Under the pieces are notes generated by a model that was given only the letters and a program-made list of their open reading frames with translations, had not been told where the DNA came from and made no database searches. A DNA stretch of 64,000 bases from Tubulanus polymorphus (Eukaryota; Animalia; Nemertea). The DNA lies in NCBI RefSeq assembly GCF_964204645.1, contig NC_134029.1:16486950-16550949 (forward strand), given 5' to 3'. Position numbers and translations under genes: made by a program. Shown here piece after piece: positions 12,801 to 24,800 of this stretch. Numbering within the stretch: position 1 is the first letter of the stretch; every line of letters begins with the position of its first letter.

Positions 12801-15800
12801 TCCACGGTTGATCTATATGCATGTAAATGGAAGATGCAGGCTACCGGTAGGTCAACTGAGCTTGGTAAAAAGTCATACCTCGATTTAACGTAAGCTTATC
12901 TAAAACGTACAGGAAAAACCCCGATTTACCGCCCCTCGCATCGCCAGAGTCAACGTTATCACCCTCTAGTACAATCATATACAAATGTATTGCAATATTT
13001 CCCGATTTACCGCCATCGTAATAGTCGAGTAACTCGATCTTTAATTGTATTACGATACGCCACCATAAAACTTTACTGATGACCTCACTTATCGATCGAT
13101 CCGAGGACACCTCACTGTGTTGCAAGCTTCGCCCTCCAGTAAGTAAAACTATTTTATTAGTTGGCACCGACAGCGCCGAAACGAATAAACGGTAAAAGAA
13201 AAACTGGAGGAATCAAGATCCTTCGCAACAGAAAATAACTCTACTAGCCCGCGTTGCCCTCTACTAGCCCGCGTTGCTCACGAGCAACACCATATTTTCG
13301 GCCCACCTACTGTCTGCTTTCATGAGATTAGACCTTTTAAGGCCAATGTTGCTCACAAGCAACTGCTTTAGTACCTATATCAACTTGCAGATGGCGACAC
13401 TATACGGTTACTATGTTATTTTCTGTTTGTTCATTTAAACAAGTATTGTGTTATTGAATTTGTATTTTTTTATACCGTGTTATACATCGGGGCCGGTTTC
13501 ACATAAGCATAATTAACCCTTGATTCATCTTCACCCGTCAAGGGATTCGAACCCACTACGCTAAAGCTGTTCCCCGAACCCCTTGACCTCACGAGTCGTT
13601 GGAGTCGTTACTAGCCGACCAGAATCAGGTCGTACCAATCACAGCGCTTGTAACAAACCGTCAGTAGACTTCTGTTGGGTTTCCCGTTAAATTCACCAAT
13701 CAGCGAACGTTTTACCGAACAAGGAAGTATTTCGCAAATCGATATATGACGTCACGCGCAACAGCTCCAGTAATGATATCACGCTTCGTGAGGCCAGGGG
13801 GCTGGTGGAAGCGAGTTCGGGAGTGATACCGGACCCCTGGCAAGCGAGGATGCCCTTGATTATGATTAAATCACTAATCATGATTAAATTATCATGATTA
13901 AATCAAGTTAGGTGTTTCACAAAACGTAATTAACTTTAATTATAATTAAGTTAATTACAATATTTAATTCTCCTCTAGAGTGTAATTAAACCATTCAATC
14001 ATCATTAGTTTATTATTGAAAACAAAAAGCTGCAGATATTATTCATGGAATTTGGTGTTTATCAATTGACGAAGGCAATTCTCATGGTGGCTGATTCGGG
14101 CCATGTAAATTTTTTTTTTCGTCCTCCACGAAAACGCGCAAAAACAAATATGACCGCGCAAAAACAAATATTACCGCTCAAAAGCAAACTTTTAACGCGC
14201 AAAAACGAAATAATCCGTTTTTGCGCGCGCGCAAAAACAAACTTTCGTTTTTGCGCGCGCGCAAAAACAAACTTTTAACGCGCAAAAACGGAATAATCCG
14301 TTTTTGCTCACGATAGATGGCGTAGCGCTTGAAATTGAAATTTATTGAAATTTATTTACACTCATCACCTCAACGAGAGGTATACAGAGGGACATCAAGA
14401 AGTATTTACAATTGTATAACATAACGTAAAATATAGAATAATCAATAAAATTTGACAGAGAAAAAGGGAACACAACAAGTTGAGAGTTGACAAGTTGAAG
14501 TTGTTGAAGATCCTAAAATGACGACGAGGGTTGATAAGTTTCACAATCGTTTTACAAAAAATTCCTAATCTTCTAGATTTGTTGTTACACCTACTTAATA
14601 GGGTTCCAAATTTAGATAAGTTTAAAGAGATGGGGCCGTTCCAAACTAGTTGTCTATACTCGTCTAAAATTGAACATTCTGCAAATAGATGATACTCGTC
14701 GAAGATAGTGATATTATGACATAAAGAGCAAGAACGAAGGCAATCGGGTAAATCAAAAAGTCTACAGTTAATTGAATCCATACAGAGATTTGATGTTCTG
14801 ATAAAACAAATAGGAAGAGCTAGATCGGCTGGCAAGTTTATAAAAGCAACACCTTTTATCATGATGCAGTTCGTTCCAAAAGTAATTAATGTACGCAGTT
14901 TTGAGGACACCTTGAACAGTTCTTTTAATAAAACTTTCCGATACGTTTAGTTGATTGAACGCGTGAAGGAGGTTGCATTGAGAAATAATACCTTTAACTT
15001 TTAAAAACCACGGTGATTGTAAATACCCTTTCTCAGTAAGTTCAGCTAAAATCATATAACAAGAAAATTAATTTTAGAAAATTATTTGTCGCCTGGGAAA
15101 AAAATGTAGAATTTCTGGGCTAAGCTAATGTGGAATTGCAAATTTGAAATCGAAGTTTTAAGAAATTTGGGGAATGATGAGATTTGGCGATTGGGTAGAT
15201 GATACAGGTCTTCGACTCAAGTAGTGGTTTAAATTTTTTTATTGAAAATTCTCAATAATTGATCGCGAACTTGCGACCGACTTCATTTACTTATGCCTCT
15301 AAGCTGGTCTGCAACTTCATTGCCTCCATGGATGAAGAAAGAGCTCTTCTGATGTCTGCTTCATTATGACTTCGAGCATATCGTGTGGCCTAGCCAGCCG
15401 GCCCGGTCCCCGGGCCCGGGCCACGCGTTTGGCTGTCACTCGATTTCCTAGAGTCTTGAGTCTGGGTGGGTTGAAGTAGACATTGTCATTTAAAATAACA
15501 TGCTTATGTTGTTCTGTATGAATTACCCGTGTGTCTTGTATGTTGTATTAATTTATTTTAAAATTTGTATTTATTGAATTTGGGAATTTTATCCCGGAAT
15601 TTCAATGTAATAAGGATCAATAAAGAATTGAATTGAATTGTCACCTAATACACATGCCATCAGAGGACACGGAGCCGTATATGACAGCTATGCTATTATA
15701 AATTGCTAATCTCACGAAACTTGCATACTCCTAATATCAAACATATTTTCACAAACGATTGAATATTGAAATTATATGTTTACACATTTTCATATTAACC

Positions 15801-18800
15801 GCTTGTAGCCGCTGATGAAATTTACGCCGGCCCTACACACATCGTAGATAGCTTCGTCATTCCACCGGCATGCCCACGTCAGGGTCTGACTTTTATATCA
15901 GACTTCCGCATCGTGTATACATCCGCCATTTAACCGAATAATCCGATTTACTTATCGTTTCTATTTATGCCTGCCGCTTCTGATATAATCATACATCCTT
16001 TACTATTACAATACGTCTTCTAATGATATTCAATGCAATATAACATTTCGACGTTCAAATATAGGTCATTATATAATCACAGGAAGCCATTCTACATCTA
16101 TGTCAATAATATTTTGCCAGATAGCTTGTTTGTGTACACATAAACCTGTGACGTTTTGCACATCGATTTACGGCTGTCGTTTGTATAAAAATGACGCTGA
16201 ATGGTTAGCATTGTTTAGGTTTCATAATGGTAACGTTTTATAAGGCGTCAAAAAAATAACATTCCATTTGTTCTTCGTAATTTCGTTTTTCATTTTAGCC
16301 CAATAACAAACCATACGACAGTGGATAGACACTGACACCGGGAGCTCACCGACTTCACCTAATACCATAACTGATGGAGTAGAATTTTTCATCTTTAATA
16401 GATATTTGTAAAATTTGGTTTGCACTGCATCAATCTCATCTAAGTCTTCAAACCCCCAGACTTCACACCCGTACGTCATAACTGGCACGACCAAACAATT
16501 GAATAAGTGTATAAGTGTTGGGACAGACAAACTTAGTTTTCTACCTTGCCGTAACAAAGAAAACATCGCTTTCCTTCCTTTGTTTGCCGCCCACTTAATA
16601 TGGGCTTTGAAACTACCGTTTGAAGAAAAAAGTACACCCAAGTAACAATATTCGGGCACTGTATCAACTGTCTGATTACATAATTCAAATAATGGTTCTG
16701 GGTTTCTCTTTCTTCCGCGACTAAGTACCATAATGTTGCATTTCTTGACATTTATTGATAGTTTAAAATCAATACAATACTGAGACATGGCATCGAGACC
16801 TAATTGTAGTTGCTCTTTCGAATCCGCTAATATAATGGTGTCATCAGCATACATGAGTAGAAACATTTTGATTTTATGACCCAACCCCCTCACAAACTCT
16901 GAGGTAGATAGTAAGTGTAAGTTATCTAATCCTAGAAAACCGTGGTCTTGCAAATATTTCTAAAGATCTTGTAAGAAGATTGCAAAGAGGAAAGGGGAGA
17001 GGTTCTCGCCTTGACGAACGCCTGATTCACATGAGAATTTCGCCGAGAACCCGTTTTTTGTTTTGACACAGGATTCGGCTAAAGAATACATGTTCCTAAT
17101 AATTCTAATAATTTTGCCATCTATCCCGTTATTAAGTAATTTACGCCATAGGGCTGCTCGCCATACATTGTCGAATGCTTTAGAATAATCCACAAAACAC
17201 GCATAAAAACTTTGCCCTTTGCTTAGATATATGTCGATCAGGCTTCTGAGGGCAAATAGATGATCTACGGTTGAAAATTTCTTTCGGAAGGCCGCTTGGT
17301 TTACCCCTAGGAGATCAAGTTGATCGGAAAAACTGTTCAGACGATTATTCAGAACTAGTGTAAAAAGTTTGCCTAAACATGATAAAATTGTGAGGGGTTT
17401 TCATGTCGAATTTCGACTTATTAAGTCGAATTTCGACTTAATAAGTCGAAATTCGACATGAAAATAAAACTCGAAATTCGACTTAATTAACACGAAATTC
17501 GACTTATTATGTCGAAATTCGACTTAATAAGTCGAATTTCGAGTTTTATTTTCATGTCGAATTTCGATAAGTCGAAATTCGACATGAAAACAAAACTCGA
17601 AATTCGACTTAATTAACTCGAAATTCGACTTAATTAACACGAAATTCGACTTATTATGTCGAATTTTGACTTATTAAGTCGAAATTCGACTTATAATGTC
17701 GAAATTCGACTTAATAAGTCGAAATTGTGAAAAAATTTTCTCGTATGTCACCTAGGGGCTTCCGTAGCCACCATACAATTCCTACATTTATTCCTAGTTT
17801 TTTCAGATTGTTTGGCTGAATAATTTGGATTTTTTTGCCTTTTGTAAAAATAATACTCTAGATTTTATTGATTTATTTTCAAACATCCTATGTTTTTGTC
17901 AGCACGACCACCACATACTTAGAAGTATTGGATTAATTGATGTTGTCCATAGATTTCTGTCCGTAGAGTATATACGTATCTATTTAGAGTTATAGTGTTA
18001 AAAAGTATCACTGCTCCTGCTCGGAAATAAACCCCATTTACGAGGATTTTATTTTGCTGACTGGAGGTGAGTTTCTATTTAAGGTATTGGTATACTAGAA
18101 TTTCAGGGAAAATCTTAAATTTCTCAGTTTTTTAAAAAGCACTGTTATTGAACACTATAGGTGGGTAGAATGACCTCCGAAATTTTTGGAGTGGTCAGAT
18201 AACGGCAAAGGCATGTTTTTGGGGGTCAAACAAGACCCCTCCAATCTCAAAGCCCTTAGCAACGGCCCTTAGCAACGTGTTCTAAGTTACTTTTAGAGGT
18301 GTTAAACCGATACTATTTATACCCGTACAGTGCTGCCATCTACAATAGATTCACAATAGACTTTATAACCCAAAACATTGCTCTGAAGGTCGTTGGGTAT
18401 CATTTTTTGAAAGAAATGAAAATCATGAAATTTTCCAGAATTTTGACTTTTACAGAAATTCATAGCATATTTTGCTTTAGTTTCGTGAATACATGCTTCA
18501 TTGGGCTTTTTAGTGGTAAAATGATTAACTTTAAACTGTTATCTATCAATGAGGAAAGTTAGAAACATTCAAAGAAAAAGAGTTTACGGCTAATCCAATC
18601 AGCCCACCCCCCTGCTAAAAGTAGCCAGCCACCAAGGGTGAATGCAATAAATTCAGCATCAGGATGAAGATTTTGGCAACTTCTGCACAATATGGTGGCA
18701 CAGGAGCTTCCTGCAGGGTAACCAGCATTCAAATGAACAATTTGATAGGTGTAAACCTACTAAAGTGTTGCATTTTAGATAAATTAATTCAAATTCCTTG

Positions 18801-21800
18801 AGAAATTTAAAAAAATTGGTGTTTTCTTGCAATCATCATTTACGGCTGACGCACATTACCGAAAACATGATTTTGAAAAAAGTACTTGGGGTAGAGCCTT
18901 GAAATTTGAAATACTTGTTATCTATCCATAAGTGCATGTGCCTTGGAAAAGTTAATATCTACGTTATGGTAGGTTAGGTACCTCTATGAATATATAATTA
19001 GGTAGAAAATTTCTGAAAAATTGTGTAGTTTCAACTTTGAAATAATTTTTTGAAAAATATAACTTGTGTAAACACTAGATAGAGGCACAAGCACTAGCCA
19101 TGTTAGTTATGAACCAAATGCTGAAAGAATTATAGCGATATATCAATTGGTTTATCTTTTAGAGTGTTTTTCGTAAACCCCTCTAATTGCGCATAAAAAC
19201 CCACCTAATTAGCATAAATTAAAAAAATAATTTTTGAATGAGTAACATTTTCTATAGAGGTCACACTACCATAGGTTTAATATCTGTAATTTGCTATTTG
19301 AAGAATTTAGAAATTCTACTATACCAATACCTTAAAAACTTTAGATTGTTCAACTGGTTCCTGAGACCTTTCAGATCAAACTTTAACTCCCAAAGGAGTG
19401 AATTTATCTTTTCCTCTACTAAACAAGGAAGGTTGTTGATGCTTGGACATTGCTGTTCCATGATTTGTCCAGTTATTTTGGGAGGTTTTGAAGACGCTTC
19501 AAGGTAATGTCTTGATATTTGGTTTATACATGTATCTACCCTAGACCACAGGGGTTTGGCGATGGGCTTGGATTTTATTTCCGGGTTGTTGATAATCTCG
19601 CGAGAATGGCGCTAAATATGAACTACGAATAAATTCAAAATATCACGGAAATACCTTGTGTTTATATTGTTTATTTATCCGCTATAAAGTTTCGATAAAC
19701 AATTGGTCGTTAAGAATCATTATCAGACGGTCGTCACGCTACTATATAAAATCACAAGGGATGAAACGCCTTCAGAGTTGTGCCAGCCAGAAAGTTGGGA
19801 CAGTCACGTGACATTCTGATGATGTCATCACATTTAAAACTTTAACATGAAAAGTTAACATATTCACAGACTGATATCAATTGTCAGATGATGATTCATA
19901 TGAAATTAATAACTTATAAAGAATAAATTATGATCAAATATATAATTCATAAAAAAAAATTGCATTTGAATGTAAGTTATTCTCAAATATTTTTCGTATC
20001 ATAGTTTCCATCTTAGATGCTTCGGGTTTGCATTCATTCAAATAAGAAGCGCGACTGTCACGTGACTGTCCCAACTTTCTGGCTGGCACGAATTGAACTG
20101 CGTTTCATCCCTTGTGATTTTATAAAGTAAAGCGTGACGACCGTCTGATAATGATTCTTAACGACCAATTGTTTATCGGAACTTAATAGCGGATAAATAA
20201 ACAATATAAACACAAGGTATTTCTATGATATTTTGAATTTATTTGCAGTTCATATTAAGCGCCATTCTCGCGAGATTATCAACAACCCGGAAATAAAATC
20301 CAAGCCCATCGCCAAACCCCTGTGCCCTAGACACATCTTCAGTCCAAAAACTGGCCCTGTCAGATTCAAGATGGCCGACTGGCAGCCATTGTTGTTCGCC
20401 ACAATCAGCACTTTTTACACATTTTCGAAGTTTTCGAGGGAAATTTTGAAGACGCTTTGATCAATTACCTTCCTGATCTTTCGTCTATATTTGAATCTAT
20501 CAAGGGCCCATCAGCATATAAGAAAAATTGGGTCGATCTGACTCAAGATGGCCGTCCTATGACCTTTTTAGTGCCCAAAAATGTCAATTTTGGCCAGAAT
20601 TCTAGGTCCTGTAGCTTCCTACTGGTTTGCCATTTCTCATTGCAATTTGTGATGGATATTCTTTGGAATGGGATGTTTTATACCTGAGACGCAATTGGCG
20701 GCCATCTTGTCATCAGTACTCACTCGTAGCTGGAAAAAAGTTTTTCCACATTAAATTGATACAGGCTTAGGTCTTAGCATATTGTGTTACTATATTCAAT
20801 TGGAAAGTTGTAGCCCATAATGTGTTCTATGGTGACAATGTAAAAATTCAAGAAATTTCACAAAATGGAGGATTTTCTCTCTCATTCAACTGGACTTAAG
20901 GAGTCTTTTTGCCAATCCATCTAATCGGTACAGAACTGGAAATATATCGGATATTCAGTTGATCTCCGCGACTTTTGGCATTCTGTTAAGACATAAATGA
21001 GGTATGTATCCCAAAAAGTAAGCAAAATATCCCAGAAAAACAGGTCTCATTCATTAATAAATAGACATTAGGCATATTTTGTTACATGATCAATTGCAAA
21101 GTTGTATTTCATGACATGTACTACGATTGTGGTGAGTTTTAAGGTCATTGAGTTTTGCATATGGTCACCAGGGGGCGTTGAATAGTAGAATAACTTAGTG
21201 TTTCCATATTAAATTGGTAACGAGGCATATTTTGTTATCACAATCAATTACAAAATCATAGCCGCTGACATGTTCTATGATTGTGGTGGGTTTCAAGGTC
21301 ATTGGTTTTTGTATGGTCACTAGGGGGCGTTATGTTTTGAAATTGTTAGATTGTTGAGAATTTGAAACCACTTCCCAAGTGGGCATGGTGTCCCTGGACC
21401 CCTAGTTTTCATAAGCTAACATTTCAGATGGCCAGTAGTAGAAAATACATACAAATACTCGTAATTTAGGATGAAATAGCTTTAAATGATCGGCATACGG
21501 TGAAAATACATTCAAATAGGATACATTTTGATGTAATCAGAGGAAATGAAAGCAGCAAATCGGATAGGGAAAACCTGGGTCATCCCGAGCCTGAACAATG
21601 GACCGTCATCGTTCTAGCACTATCACATGGAGTTTATTGTTATGGTGTACTAAAAGCTATTTTACTGTATTTCACTCTCAGATAATAAAGTACGAAGTAA
21701 AAAGTCGCAAATTGGGTCATTTATCTTTACTGGGTTGAGAGCCGAATAATCATTATTATTCATAAATATTGGTAAGAAAAATCTGTGTATGGATGAATTT

Positions 21801-24800
21801 TAACTTTCTAGTCATCAGTCTAGGCCAAGGTATCAAAATATGCAATTCTGAGCTGACCATTGCTGAATGAAAGTTTTTGTGACAGGTCGGCCACTGTCTA
21901 TCAATGTTGCTCATGAGCAACATTACCAAAAACAATACAAAAAATGGGCTAAAAGTGAATTTTGACATTAGGAATCAAAAACCCACCCCTTTACCATCTG
22001 GGATCTCACAGGAAATAATTTTCATTCAATTTAAAAGTGGTGGCGAGTAGAGGGTTAAAGGCGGCGTACAGTAGCGATGTCTATTTATTAATCGATCAGC
22101 GATTGATATCGTAGTATGAGCCGTAAATGTCCCATGTGATATGATTCCTTATTCTTGCTTACGATGTTTTCCTAATGATGCGCCCGCCCGATGTTTAAAA
22201 AGTTTTTAATTGTGAAAGGATGTTTTTTTTCAGATTTTTTCTTAATTCATCACATCAATTTACATCGTTGCCTACTGAGCAGATAATAGGTTAGGTATTT
22301 GAGTGACTCGACATAAACCCCGATTTACCGCCACACTCTATTTACCGCCAAAATCAGGAATCCCAGGGTGGCGTCAGGAATCGAGGTACTGTACCCGGTG
22401 CCATCGATTTGGAATTGGGTCATGACCCTTCACTATAGGACAATTTTGAAATCAATCCCCTGATGAGTGAACCTCCAGATTATGTATTTTCTGCAAGATA
22501 ATTGACAGAGCTTAGAATCTAATAGCTCTGTCCAATATCAGTTTTATCTATAGGCTATATCTATAGATATATAGATAAAACTGATGTTTTGATAATTAGG
22601 GCCCCTGGGTCCAGCCCGCACCCCTAAAATAAGTGTAAATTGGGATCGAATCCTATGGGCGGCCATCCCCGCCAAACAGACTCTCAAGTCATCACGTGAA
22701 GGATAAACCCATAACGTGAAGTATAATGTAGTAACGTGAAGGAAAAACTCATAACGTGAAGGATAATGTCATGACGTGAAGGATCAACCTTAATCTAACG
22801 TGAAGGATAAAACCCATAACGTGAAGTATAATGTTGTAACGTGAAGGATCAACTCATAACGTGAAGTATAATGTCATGACGTGAAGGATCAACTCACGTC
22901 ATCAAGGATAAACCTATTATGTCACCAGATGGCGTGCCGGTCGGAAATAGACCGGCAACCAGCCTAAAATAATGGTTTCACCCATCCTCGGACGTTTGCC
23001 AGGGTTTGATTGCCGCCCGCCGGTGAGTTCACGCCCCGGTTCACCCCAACACAAAACCCTGGCCGCAATTGTCTTGCATGGATATCTTACAAAAAATTCT
23101 ACTTTCATGAGCCAATCAGATGCGGTTGTTTGTCACCGGCTGATTCGCTAAATCAAACTTTTTGGTATGTCTGCTCAAGAAATTTTTGGGTAGTGTAATA
23201 GACCAATAAAAGATTTGCAGCTGCAGGTTGAACTTGTGTTGTGGCGTAAGCATCGGCCGGCAGCAATAAAACCCGGGCAAGCGAGAATGACTGAGGAACG
23301 TTCTAGTCGATTCATCATTCTTATGTAACTTCTCAAATACAGCAGAACAAAACAATCATCATTATTTATGGAGGTTCCCCCAAAAATGCTGGAAAAGTCT
23401 TTTTTCGCAAAGAAAATTTCAGAAAGGGATAAATCTAAACATATGTCCCCAACATATCTCTTGCAGCCCTCGTATTGCTAAATCTGCCCTTTTTCAGTTC
23501 CTCCCCTTCAAAGGATCCTAGATTCGCCCGTCCCTTTTATCGCTATCAAATGATGCCATCTCATGTATGATCTTATATCTAAGAGATGAAACGGATAAAT
23601 ACATTATTAATTATATGAGTACATGTAGTAATTTAGCAATGATTTCACTATGCAACTGCGCTGACGGACGAGAATCCACTGACGTCACAATTCGCGATTG
23701 GTTAGGCTAAACAAGAAAATTAATTTTAGAAAATTATTTGACGCCTGGGGAAAAAATGTAGAATTTCTGGGCTAAGCTAATGTGGAATTGCAAATTTGAA
23801 ATCGAAGTTTTAAGAAATTTGGGGAATGATGAGATTTGGCGATTGGGTAGATGATACAGGTCTTCGACTCCAGTAGTGGTTTAAATTTTTTTATTGAAAA
23901 TTCTCAATAATTGATCGCGAACTTGCGACCGACTTCATTTACTTATGCCTCTAAGCTGGTCTGCAACTTCATTGCCTCCATGGATGAAGAAAGAGCTCTT
24001 CTGATGTCTGCTTCATCATGACTTCGAGCATATCGTGTGGCCTAGCCAGCCAGCCCGGGCCACGGGTTTGGCTGTCACTCGATATCCTAGAGTCTTGAGT
24101 CTGGGTGGGTTGAAGTAGACATTGTCATTTAAAATAACATGCTTATGTTGTTCTGTATGAATTACCCGTGTGTCATGTATGTTGTATTAATTTATTTTAA
24201 AATTTGTATTTATTGAATTTGGGAATTTTATCCCGGAATTTCAATGTAATAAGGATCAATAAAGAATTGAATTGAATTGTCACCTAATACACATGCCATC
24301 AGAGGACACGGAGCCGTATATGACAGCTATGCTATTATAAATTGCTAATCTCACGAAACTTGCATACTCCTAATATCAAACATATTTTCTAAAACGTTTG
24401 AATATTGAAATTATATGTTTACACATTTTCATATTGACCGCTTGTAGCCGCTGATGAAATTCACGCTTGCCCTACACACATCGTAGATAGCTTCGTCATT
24501 CCACCGGCATGCCCACGTCAGGGTCTGACTTTTATATCAGACTTCCGCGTCGTTTATACATCCGCCATTTAACCGAATAATCCGATTTACTTATCATTTC
24601 TATTTATGCCTGCCGCTTCTGATATAATCATACATCCTTTACTATTACAATACGTCTTCTAATGATATTCAATGCAATATAACATTTCGACGTTCAAATA
24701 TAGGTCATTATATAATCACAGGAAGCCATTCTACATCTATGTCAATAATATTTTGCCAGATAGCTTGTTTGTGTACACATAAACCTGTGACGTTTTGCAC

